From: a virus | Taxonomy: Duplodnaviria > Heunggongvirae > Uroviricota > Caudoviricetes | IMG/VR virus record: IMGVR_UViG_3300043447_000086 | Direction: 5' to 3' (one strand) | DNA: 64,000 bases | Shown: positions 35,844-43,942 of the stretch, one piece after another | Numbering within the stretch: position 1 is the stretch's first letter | Layout of the letters: each line of letters starts with the position of its first letter | The notes under the pieces: generated by a model | What the model was told of the DNA's origin: nothing | The model's database searches: none | What the model saw: the letters and a program-made list of their open reading frames with translations, nothing else | Translations under genes and position numbers: made by a program

Positions 35844-38030
35844 TTAGGCTACCAAAGCCACGAAACGATTGAGTAGCACCCTAGAAGTCTTCTTGACGTT
35901 AAGGTATTTGCTGAAGTTGCGAGCAATGCTAGCAGCTTTTGCATCAGACTTTACCTCAAGTTCACCCTCTTGGATCTTCGTAGAAGATTGAGGAATCAAG
36001 AACAAGTCATCACGACCAGTATTCTTCACAGAAGCAAAGTCTTGATCACGGAATTGTTTTCTCCAGTTCTCAATCAAAACCTCTGCACTACCAGTGTAGC
36101 CTGGAAGGTTTGCCGCAATAACAGATTGCAAATCACGACGAGCATTACGACAGATGTAGAAACCAACAGTACGAACATTGTGGCGATCTTTGATCATTCG
36201 CAGAATCGCTTCAGTCTGTTGCGCAGAGTTGCCTTCCAACTCATAGGTTTTCTTCGTAACATCGTCACGGATGAAGTGACGTAGTTTGGTACGCACATAC
36301 TTGCCACCAATATATTCGTTACGCACAGGATCAAGACGACGACCATCACCACACAACTGACCACCTTCACCATCAGTAAGAGTGATGAATGTAGTCTTCT
36401 CTAGATTGTGCTTCTTGATAAAGTCACCAAGATTCAGATAGCACCAAGCCAACGCCTCATTCAGTGGTGTGCCACTGGTGCTGTAACCTTCATTCCATCG
36501 GAAACGATAGTCCAGTAGACGTTTAGCCATCTCATTAAACTCAGTAGAAGACATCTTGTCATTGAAGAATTCTAACATGTGAAAGTTTCTGGCATTGCTC
36601 AGCAAATCTTTCTGCACACCAAACTTTGCGTTGTACTCACGAATCTTACGATCACGTTCCAGACGTTCGTCATAAGACATATCTTTTTGATAGTCAGTGG
36701 TGAAGGCATACACACGATATGGAACTTGGATACGCTGGCAGAACATAGCAAGGTTGATAACCTGTTTGATAGTGTCCTGAAGAACATTTTCCATAGAACC
36801 AGACCAGTCCAGCAGCATAACCATACCATGGTTTTTACCTTGCGGTAAGGTGGTAACACGTTTGAACAAATCTTCTTGAAGTTTGTAAGCCCACACCTTA
36901 CGCATATCCAGAGAACCAACCTTGGAAACCTGAGCACGTTTGTAGAGTTGAGCAGACTTCTTCATCTCGAATTCTTTGACAAGGTAGTTTACCGTACGCA
37001 TAGAATCAGTTTTGAATTGATCGAATTCCTTAATGAAAGAACCAAAGAATTGCTTGCGAGCGGTGTCGTCCATATAGCGAGTCTTGTAGTCATTCATCTG
37101 ATACAAGTCAGCATTCCATTCGTTGAGAGACTTAGTCTCTTTCAAGATGGTTTTGTAACCAACAACAGGATCTTCGAAATAATTGGTGTCGAATTTCCAG
37201 TAAAGATACTCTGTAGAATCGTCAGCCAATTCTTCCAAACGTTTCTGGAAAACACGGTCAGTCTTAGCTTCCAAGTCTTCGCTTTGTTCTTCAGATGCAG
37301 CTTCGTCGTTTTCTTTGTTAGAACCAGACTTAGAAGATTTTAGCTTTTCGTCGCCAGCATCTTCGTCTTCATCAAAGTCATCCATATCATCGATATCAAA
37401 GTCGCCAGTGATAGGATCATCGAGGTCATCACCTTCTTCTACTTCTTCGCCAGCTTCCATGCGTTGTTTCTTACGCTCTTCAGCTTGCTGTTTGGAATAA
37501 GCATAAATTTCCTGAGCCAGCTGGACGATTTCTTCCATGGTCTCAGTGCGTTCTGCACGATTGACAAATACCTTTTCTTCGGGTGTGAATTTAACACCAC
37601 AGTCGAAACCAACTTTAAAGTACAAGTTGATGCGGTCAATCAACAGCAATTCGTTGAAGTCTTGGATAGCTTTGACGCCAAAGAAGTCACGCTCATTGAG
37701 TTGCTTATAACCTTCGTTCATGCGCTTACGAATCCCAGGATACTTGCGCTTCATCATCTTTTCGATACGCACATCTTCCAGCACGTTCATATAAGACTTC
37801 AGCTTAGGATTCTCCATAATGGGAGTCATATACTCCACACCAGTGTACAATGCGTGACCAACTTCGTGACCGATGAGCATGTCTTCGATCTCGGGAGTCA
37901 TATCTTTCCACAGGGGCAAAGTCAGAACACGAGACTTGATGTCGAAAGACGCAGTAATTGAGTTGGCACGAACAACAGAAAGGTTTTCGGTTGCAAGCAG
38001 TCGTGCGCTGAGATCAGAAGATTTCATCAT
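35844..38030 (-). CDS. von Willebrand factor A domain protein (CobT-like partner of the AAA+ ATPase)
   Basis: 728 aa with the MIDAS motif MVMLLDWSGSM and a long poly-acidic tract (EVEEGDDLDDPITGDFDIDDMDDFDEDEDAGDE). Confidence 0.7.
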   Translation of the reverse strand: MMKSSDLSARLLATENLSVVRANSITASFDIKSRVLTLPLWKDMTPEIEDMLIGHEVGHALYTGVEYMTPIMENPKLKSYMNVLEDVRIEKMMKRKYPGIRKRMNEGYKQLNERDFFGVKAIQDFNELLLIDRINLYFKVGFDCGVKFTPEEKVFVNRAERTETMEEIVQLAQEIYAYSKQQAEERKKQRMEAGEEVEEGDDLDDPITGDFDIDDMDDFDEDEDAGDEKLKSSKSGSNKENDEAASEEQSEDLEAKTDRVFQKRLEELADDSTEYLYWKFDTNYFEDPVVGYKTILKETKSLNEWNADLYQMNDYKTRYMDDTARKQFFGSFIKEFDQFKTDSMRTVNYLVKEFEMKKSAQLYKRAQVSKVGSLDMRKVWAYKLQEDLFKRVTTLPQGKNHGMVMLLDWSGSMENVLQDTIKQVINLAMFCQRIQVPYRVYAFTTDYQKDMSYDERLERDRKIREYNAKFGVQKDLLSNARNFHMLEFFNDKMSSTEFNEMAKRLLDYRFRWNEGYSTSGTPLNEALAWCYLNLGDFIKKHNLEKTTFITLTDGEGGQLCGDGRRLDPVRNEYIGGKYVRTKLRHFIRDDVTKKTYELEGNSAQQTEAILRMIKDRHNVRTVGFYICRNARRDLQSVIAANLPGYTGSAEVLIENWRKQFRDQDFASVKNTGRDDLFLIPQSSTKIQEGELEVKSDAKAASIARNFSKYLNVKKTSRVLLNRFVALVA

Positions 38031-38046
38031 AATGTAATTATCCCAA

Positions 38047-38075
38047 GTAGACCACTATTATACCCTAAGTTCAAA
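38047..38075 (-). promoter_or_regulatory. sigma70-type early promoter for the vWA gene (TTGTCT-N17-TATAAT)
   Basis: -35 at 38075..38070, -10 at 38052..38047. Confidence 0.45.
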
Positions 38076-38096
38076 TAAAAGACAAGCCCTATTTTC
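38073..38096 (-). terminator. Intrinsic terminator after rIIB
   Basis: 9 bp stem CAAGCCCTA/TAGGGCTTG with a 6 nt loop, followed by UCUUUUAUUUG on the minus-strand RNA. It overlaps the -35 of the next promoter. Confidence 0.55.
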
Positions 38097-38114
38097 ATAG
38101 GGCTTGCTAAAGTT

Positions 38115-38888
38115 TTACTCTACAGGAGTCCAAGCAGGACGAACGTTGTTACCGTTTTCTTGCACAGGAGCAGTAAATGCATCCTCTGGTGCTTCTTCGG
38201 CATTCAGTTCGCCAATCACTTCGTATCGGCAAGCACGACCCTTGGCTTCGTTGTAGTCAGTTGGGATAGACACAACATCACGAGGGTTGATCTTGACGAT
38301 CATAATACGCTCACCACCAAAGTGGTTCAGGTAAGACAGACCACAGAAGTGCAGACCAGAAGAGCAGGTACGATTCTTGTCGTCATCAACTTCGTTACGT
38401 TCCATCTCCACAATCTTACCGACAGAGTTATCCATCGTGTTAGTGTGGCAATCAAAGTAGTTGTCACGCACTTTCTTGTAAGCAAGGAAGTGACCATCGG
38501 GAGTGATGGGCAGTTGGTTCTTTTCCAAGAATCCATACAGTTCGTCAACTGCACGCTTAGAAGGATTCTTGTAAAGATTCTCCATAAAGTTGACCATAGG
38601 CTCGATGGGGAAACCATCTTGCAGCATCTGGATCATGCGCACAGACATAGTGCTATGGAGTTCCTTACCTTTCCAGAAAAGAGTCTCGCCTTGGACAGAG
38701 ACATTACCCTGTCCGTAATTGAGAACAACCTTCTTGGGTTCGATGATATCTTTCACCGTATCCCAATCTTGTGCCTTGATAGCATCAAGAACTTTCTGGT
38801 ATGTAATATGGGTTTTGGAGATAGTGTGGCTCTTGTTACCAATTACCACGACGATGTTGCTACCTTGGATCAGAAAAGGGTAAGCCAT
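38115..38888 (-). CDS. rIIB: rIIB-like protein
   Basis: 257 aa immediately downstream of rIIA, arranged as in T4. Called by position and pairing only. Confidence 0.55.
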   Translation of the reverse strand: MAYPFLIQGSNIVVVIGNKSHTISKTHITYQKVLDAIKAQDWDTVKDIIEPKKVVLNYGQGNVSVQGETLFWKGKELHSTMSVRMIQMLQDGFPIEPMVNFMENLYKNPSKRAVDELYGFLEKNQLPITPDGHFLAYKKVRDNYFDCHTNTMDNSVGKIVEMERNEVDDDKNRTCSSGLHFCGLSYLNHFGGERIMIVKINPRDVVSIPTDYNEAKGRACRYEVIGELNAEEAPEDAFTAPVQENGNNVRPAWTPVE

Positions 38889-38890
38889 GA

Positions 38891-41068
38891 TTAAATACCT
38901 TTCACATTGTCAATAAGATTCACATACTCTGCAACTGCCGAAGCCTTTGCTTCACCGATGCTATCCAAAAGAGGATAGCGAGAGCACACGCTGGTGTATT
39001 CACCAACGATAGCTTTTACTGCTGCATTCAGGTCGAAGTTAATCTTCTTGCCGTAGGCAGAGTACAATTGACGGAGAGCATAGTCGCTAAAATCAACTCG
39101 CTTGTAACCATCAAATTTTTTGATATAGTTCTTGAAGGGGCTACCATCTTGAACCAGACTATGATCAAATTTAACAGGATCGCCATAACGACCACAGAGA
39201 AAAGAGAACACAGTAACCTGATCACGAGCAAGGTTCATGAGCAGGTTGTCGTCGGGAATACCGATAGAACTAGCAATGTAGTCTTCGATATTTACCCAAT
39301 TTGGTTGAGCCTTGACAGCTTCCAAATCAGTTTTACGAACACCGTAAAATTCTGTAGTGACCAGATTGCGCAGACCGCAACGCTTCATCCACTCACGCAG
39401 TTCTTTTGCATCAGTGATTCCTGCATCAGACACCATATTATAACCCGAAAGCGGGATGTAATAGTGAGTCGTGTTAGCGTCGAAAGAAGACAAGCTACCA
39501 GCATCAGCCCAAACAACAGTGTCGCTACGGTATCCACGACTGCGAGTTTCCATGCGCAGAAGGCTAACATTTCGACCAATACTAGAATCCTTACGTGGCT
39601 TCTGCAGCAGATCGCTAGCAATCATAACACGATCGCTTGGAGGGCTGGCAATGTCCGCAAAGAATTGCTTGAGTTCCATATCCTTCGTAGGATCTGCCTT
39701 GTCCAGAATGTAAACGTTCTTGGAATATGTAAGCAGATCTTTCTGACGATAGTGATACTTTGCTCTCTCACCAACACCAACTTTAGTGTCATTGACCACA
39801 AAATCAGAATTATCCGAAACAGGAAACTCCCAATATGCGACAGTCATATGACCACCCTGAGCATTTCGGCTATGGTCAGACCCATGCTTAAGATTACTGC
39901 AAGTTGGAGACCCACGGCTACGAGAGAATGCACGGATGTCGATGTTATACTTAGTCTTCAGATCTTCAACGGTAATCTTGAATCGCTTTAGGAATGCATA
40001 ACGTCCAGCATTTGGATCTACGGTTTGCAGTTTAGTATCAACTGCATACTGTTGAACTGCGGCAGTCCACAGAGGATGATCAATCTTCTTGGAAAGAAAG
40101 ATGGCACGATCCCACAAGTTAGGAATAGCCTCAGCATCTGCTTTGACACGAACAGAAAGTGCGTCACGGACAGCGGTAAGTTTGTTCTTGATAGCCTCAA
40201 CAGTCTGAGGAATATAAGACAGACCTTCACGGCTGGCTTGGAAGTCAACTTCGCCAATACCAAAGTGAATTTCCAGACCACATTGCAGCATGGACTGAAG
40301 ACCACCAAGCTGCTCAGCGTTTGGCACTTCGATAGGATACGCAATGTTACCCATCACAGCCCTGCTGGTGTTTCGACCATGGCGATCAGCCAACACATGC
40401 ACACCAGCAATCAGGTTTTCAGTTTCATACTGAATTAAGTCAAAACGAAATTCTGAGCAACCCCTGATAACAGGCTTCAGCTTGAAGTAACGATAGACAG
40501 ATCTAGCTTCGTCACGAAACTTGTTGTAGTCATAGCGATCATTGACAGAGAATTTAATCTCTACGCCAGCAGGGTCATCAGTCTGCTCTTCCATCATCAG
40601 TGCGATAGATGGCACACCTTCTGCATTGATGAATGCAGAGTAGATACCCTTGCGACCATCTTTGATGGCAGTCACCGTAAAGTTGTCAGTGTAGCTGAAT
40701 GGAGACTTGGAGCCAAGACCCAGCGCACCGATGAAATCATTGGATGCAGTCTTAGTAGACTCAAAGTAAGTAGTATAGATGTTGGTGACTTGTTCGTGGC
40801 TCAAACCAGTACCAAAATCACGGATGCTGAAGTGCGGTTCAAGAGCATTGGGCAGATGAACCTCGAACGGAACATCTGATTTTCCAGCAGCAGTGTGCGA
40901 GTCAACTGCATTGCAGGACAACTCACGCACAATCGCTTTGATCTTGTTCGCATACAGACCACTCGAAAGAATGTTGAATGCTTTAGCAGAGTTACGAATA
41001 CGGAATTCGCCGATCTCGCCTACGTTAGACAGGATCGCTTGGTTGTCGGGGGCAGTGTTCAGTATCAT
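38891..41068 (-). CDS. rIIA: rIIA-like protein (N-terminal GHKL/Bergerat ATPase fold)
   Basis: 725 aa, the same length as T4 rIIA. N-terminal VRELSCNAVDSH and DFGTGLS GHKL motifs. Confidence 0.75.
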   Translation of the reverse strand: MILNTAPDNQAILSNVGEIGEFRIRNSAKAFNILSSGLYANKIKAIVRELSCNAVDSHTAAGKSDVPFEVHLPNALEPHFSIRDFGTGLSHEQVTNIYTTYFESTKTASNDFIGALGLGSKSPFSYTDNFTVTAIKDGRKGIYSAFINAEGVPSIALMMEEQTDDPAGVEIKFSVNDRYDYNKFRDEARSVYRYFKLKPVIRGCSEFRFDLIQYETENLIAGVHVLADRHGRNTSRAVMGNIAYPIEVPNAEQLGGLQSMLQCGLEIHFGIGEVDFQASREGLSYIPQTVEAIKNKLTAVRDALSVRVKADAEAIPNLWDRAIFLSKKIDHPLWTAAVQQYAVDTKLQTVDPNAGRYAFLKRFKITVEDLKTKYNIDIRAFSRSRGSPTCSNLKHGSDHSRNAQGGHMTVAYWEFPVSDNSDFVVNDTKVGVGERAKYHYRQKDLLTYSKNVYILDKADPTKDMELKQFFADIASPPSDRVMIASDLLQKPRKDSSIGRNVSLLRMETRSRGYRSDTVVWADAGSLSSFDANTTHYYIPLSGYNMVSDAGITDAKELREWMKRCGLRNLVTTEFYGVRKTDLEAVKAQPNWVNIEDYIASSIGIPDDNLLMNLARDQVTVFSFLCGRYGDPVKFDHSLVQDGSPFKNYIKKFDGYKRVDFSDYALRQLYSAYGKKINFDLNAAVKAIVGEYTSVCSRYPLLDSIGEAKASAVAEYVNLIDNVKGI

Positions 41069-41100
41069 TACAAAGTCTCTTTCTCAATCACAATAAAGTT

Positions 41101-41128
41101 ATTATACACCAATCTGCAAAAAAGACAA
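41101..41128 (-). promoter_or_regulatory. sigma70-type early promoter for rIIA (TTGTCT-N16-TATAAT)
   Basis: -35 at 41128..41123, -10 at 41106..41101. The core sequence is nearly identical to the promoter at 25270..25297. Confidence 0.5.
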
Positions 41129-41140
41129 GCATTAAATGAT

Positions 41141-41164
41141 AATCCCCTCAAAAGATGAGGGGAT
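41141..41164 (-). terminator. Hairpin after nadV (10 bp stem, AAAG loop), terminator-like
   Basis: AATCCCCTCA/TGAGGGGATT, followed by a U-rich tract on the minus-strand RNA. Confidence 0.45.
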
Positions 41165-41209
41165 TAAGTGCTGTAAAATCAACAACTTACGAAAAGTAAA
41201 CCTAAAGTA

Positions 41210-42604
41210 TTACTTTTTGGCGGTTGCTCGGACTTCCTCGAAGGTGTATTCCTTAACAAGTTTGCCGTCACGGAACACTTCTTGCAAGACTGGAGCCCAT
41301 GTAAAGCCACGATCAGTCCAAGTATTTGGACGAGAGACAGAAGAGATATACTCACCACCACTTTCCCAAAGTTGCACACGACCTGCTTTAGACTTTTTAC
41401 CACTATCAGTGATAGGGTCTTTTTGGACATCCACCCATTCACCATTGATAAGAGCAGCAGAACACTTCATTGCGAACTTCTGAGTGTCACGATCCACTTG
41501 TTGAAGCAGAGCACCACCCATACCAAAAGCAATGTTGTCGGCACTCCAACCATATGCTTGGAATCCACCAAGGATCATACGAATTGTGTGTTCGTTAACA
41601 CCGTCACCTTGGATAAGACGAACGTTGTTCAAGACTTTATAGCCTTTGTCGTTAGTAGTGTAACCGAACTTATCGCCGAGGATGGCCACAAGTTTTCTAC
41701 ATACAGTGTCAGGATCCCCAGAGTCTGGACGGATGACAACAGTAGCGCCACTATCAATAACCTTCTGCTTGAGTTCTTCACCCCAGAGTTTAGATGCAGC
41801 GTTGAAGATATCATAACTATCGCTAACCACTGCAAGAATAGAACCAGGCTTAGCAAATTGATCAACCATGTTGGCATATGCTTTTACCTCATTGTCACGA
41901 CCCCAGCTAGTGATTGTGCTATGCTCAGCAGCAGGGATGGAGAAGCCAGCAATACCAGCGCTGTAGTACTCACGAGCATACAAAATCCCAGAAAGGGTAT
42001 CTGTACCCATGAAGTTGACAAGGTGCGCTGCTCCGCCAATTCCAGCAGACTCCATACTAGAGACACCACGAGCACCAAAGTCATGCAACTTAAAATCAAT
42101 AGTTGTAGGATCACCAGTTTTCTCCAGATAGTCAAGAATCACTTTGCGGATTGTGTAGCTTTGCGTAGCCACAGTCACAGGGTACCACACAGCACGCAGC
42201 AGAGCAGTTTCCAGATAAGTGGTCAACCAAAACGCTTTTGGATCAGTGTTTTCAATAGTTGCCAAAACGTTTTTAACAGGAACCACTGTGCCTTCAGGAA
42301 CAGCCCGAATAACGACAGGAAGGAAACCTCCGTGTGCTGATAGAATGTATTCCCATCCTTCTCGGTTGAAAGGTTCGCCATGGGCTGTAAGAATTTCATC
42401 AGCAATATCAATATCGGCTTGGGTGATTGGTTCAAGCAGGTACTCCTTAATGAATGCTTGTAGACCGAACATCACGGTTTCGTCGTAACGACCACCACGA
42501 GATTCGATGTAGCTGTAGACGCCAGTTGTACCAGCGGGATATTGTTTGAACATGCTAGTCTTGTAGCTGTCAGTGTTCAAAAGAATGTTTTTTGCGAGTT
42601 TCAT
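41210..42604 (-). CDS. nadV: Nicotinamide phosphoribosyltransferase (NadV/NAMPT)
   Basis: 464 aa with a type II PRTase fold, size and conserved blocks typical of NAMPT (e.g. GDGV, HTIRMILGGF). Confidence 0.8.
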   Translation of the reverse strand: MKLAKNILLNTDSYKTSMFKQYPAGTTGVYSYIESRGGRYDETVMFGLQAFIKEYLLEPITQADIDIADEILTAHGEPFNREGWEYILSAHGGFLPVVIRAVPEGTVVPVKNVLATIENTDPKAFWLTTYLETALLRAVWYPVTVATQSYTIRKVILDYLEKTGDPTTIDFKLHDFGARGVSSMESAGIGGAAHLVNFMGTDTLSGILYAREYYSAGIAGFSIPAAEHSTITSWGRDNEVKAYANMVDQFAKPGSILAVVSDSYDIFNAASKLWGEELKQKVIDSGATVVIRPDSGDPDTVCRKLVAILGDKFGYTTNDKGYKVLNNVRLIQGDGVNEHTIRMILGGFQAYGWSADNIAFGMGGALLQQVDRDTQKFAMKCSAALINGEWVDVQKDPITDSGKKSKAGRVQLWESGGEYISSVSRPNTWTDRGFTWAPVLQEVFRDGKLVKEYTFEEVRATAKK

Positions 42605-42619
42605 GATTAGCTCCTAATC

Positions 42620-43594
42620 TTAGAGTTTTACAAAAGCAGGCATCGGCATGACACCTGTTACTTTGGAAACGATGTCCTTGTGGTCATCGTACATTTCAAT
42701 GTTGTTCAGCGCATCAGTAAGTGGCACCCACTTGCACAGAGCAGCATCATCAGCACCATTGGCACGTGGCAGCGAGTTGTCAGGATTCGGACTAATTCGC
42801 ATATACACAGCCATAGTGTTTCGGGGAATACCGAATGAACGATTCGGATTATCGAACAATTCGGTCTTCACGATAGAGCCACGGAGAACTTTCTCTGGGA
42901 CTCGCACGTTGGTTTCTTCAATCAATTCACGGATGGCGCAGTCAAGAAATGTTTCACGCTGATTGCGAAAACCTCCTGGAAGTGCCCATGCACCTCGTCC
43001 TGGACTAAACTTGCGTTGAATAAGCAAGATGTGTCCTTGACATTCGAGGATAGCATCGGAACAGTTGAAGTTGAGTGTTTCGGGGAATGGATAATCTTTG
43101 AAGAGTTGTTTTTCTTTTTGGTAGAAAGCATAGTCGCCTCTGACAGTTTCTGGCATTAGAGGGTCATCGTTCTTAAACATTTCTTCACGAATCATCGTGG
43201 CGTTGATCTGATATTGAGCCTCAATGCTCTTAAATTTTAGTTCTGGGAACCACTTGAGATAATCGTTACCTTCTTTCATGTGCCCGAACAGAATCGGCGA
43301 GCCCATGGTGTAATGTTCGATAGTTGCACGGACGTCAGACATCCATTGCGTATCGCTGTAACGATAATCGTTAATTGGGAGAATTTCGTAGTTTGTGATT
43401 CGCTCAGCGTGCAGTCTCAGTTGGAGCATTTGCTTACGCTCTTGAAACGACCAAGGATTCTTGATACTACGGCATTGGTTAGCGGAACCAATGAGGATGT
43501 ACAGTTTTTGTACTTGGGATGCAGCCACTCCGAGTGCATGGATGTGACCTTGATGTACGGGCTGGAAACGCCCAATGAAGATACCAGTTTTCAT
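42620..43594 (-). CDS. natV: Bifunctional NMN adenylyltransferase / Nudix hydrolase (NatV/NadM-like)
   Basis: Track start 43630 is GTG. The ATG at 43594 has an AAGGAG Shine-Dalgarno. NMNAT motif GIFIGRFQPVHQGH and Nudix box GGFRNQRETFLDCAIRELIEETNV. Confidence 0.8.
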   Translation of the reverse strand: MKTGIFIGRFQPVHQGHIHALGVAASQVQKLYILIGSANQCRSIKNPWSFQERKQMLQLRLHAERITNYEILPINDYRYSDTQWMSDVRATIEHYTMGSPILFGHMKEGNDYLKWFPELKFKSIEAQYQINATMIREEMFKNDDPLMPETVRGDYAFYQKEKQLFKDYPFPETLNFNCSDAILECQGHILLIQRKFSPGRGAWALPGGFRNQRETFLDCAIRELIEETNVRVPEKVLRGSIVKTELFDNPNRSFGIPRNTMAVYMRISPNPDNSLPRANGADDAALCKWVPLTDALNNIEMYDDHKDIVSKVTGVMPMPAFVKL

Positions 43595-43649
43595 TCTAAA
43601 CTCCTTAGAATCTTGTAGGGTGACCACCACCCTACAATTTATATATCGA

Positions 43650-43678
43650 ATTCTACTCTTGAATCAGCTAAAAGTCAA
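43650..43678 (-). promoter_or_regulatory. sigma70-type promoter for natV (TTGACT-N17-TAGAAT) with a 5'-UTR hairpin (43613..43637)
   Basis: -35 at 43678..43673, -10 at 43655..43650. Confidence 0.45.
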
Positions 43679-43869
43679 CTAATTTTTTGGATAGTTGCTC
43701 GCCAGAAGTAATCTGGTGTTCCACCTTTTTCCCAGTGGGCTTTATACGCCTCAGCTTCTTCAAGAGTTGTAAAGAACTTGGTGTCATTTTCGTCAACACG
43801 CTGTCCCCAACCACGTTCATATTCGGTAACAGTGACTTTGTAAAGACCAGACAGTTTGACTTCAGACAT
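43675..43869 (-). CDS. Hypothetical small protein
   Basis: Track start is TTG. The ATG at 43869 has an AAGGAG Shine-Dalgarno, giving 64 aa. Confidence 0.45.
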   Translation of the reverse strand: MSEVKLSGLYKVTVTEYERGWGQRVDENDTKFFTTLEEAEAYKAHWEKGGTPDYFWRATIQKIS

Positions 43870-43895
43870 TTCCAACTCCTTTCCTATGTAACTTT

Positions 43896-43924
43896 AGTAT
43901 ACAGTAGGCGAGGGTAAAAGTCAA
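43896..43924 (-). promoter_or_regulatory. sigma70-type early promoter (TTGACT-N17-TATACT) directly downstream of gene 46
   Basis: -35 at 43924..43919, -10 at 43901..43896. The 16 nt palindrome (43931..43946) lies 6 nt upstream of the -35. Confidence 0.5.
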
Positions 43925-43942
43925 CACCTTAAAAGTAATACT

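Noticed and set aside
43594-43630. Track start codons at 43630 (natV), 25255, 5378, 43875 and 21622
   Set aside because: These positions are GTG or TTG, or lack a Shine-Dalgarno. Downstream ATGs with AAGGAG-type Shine-Dalgarno sequences fit better and remove overlaps.
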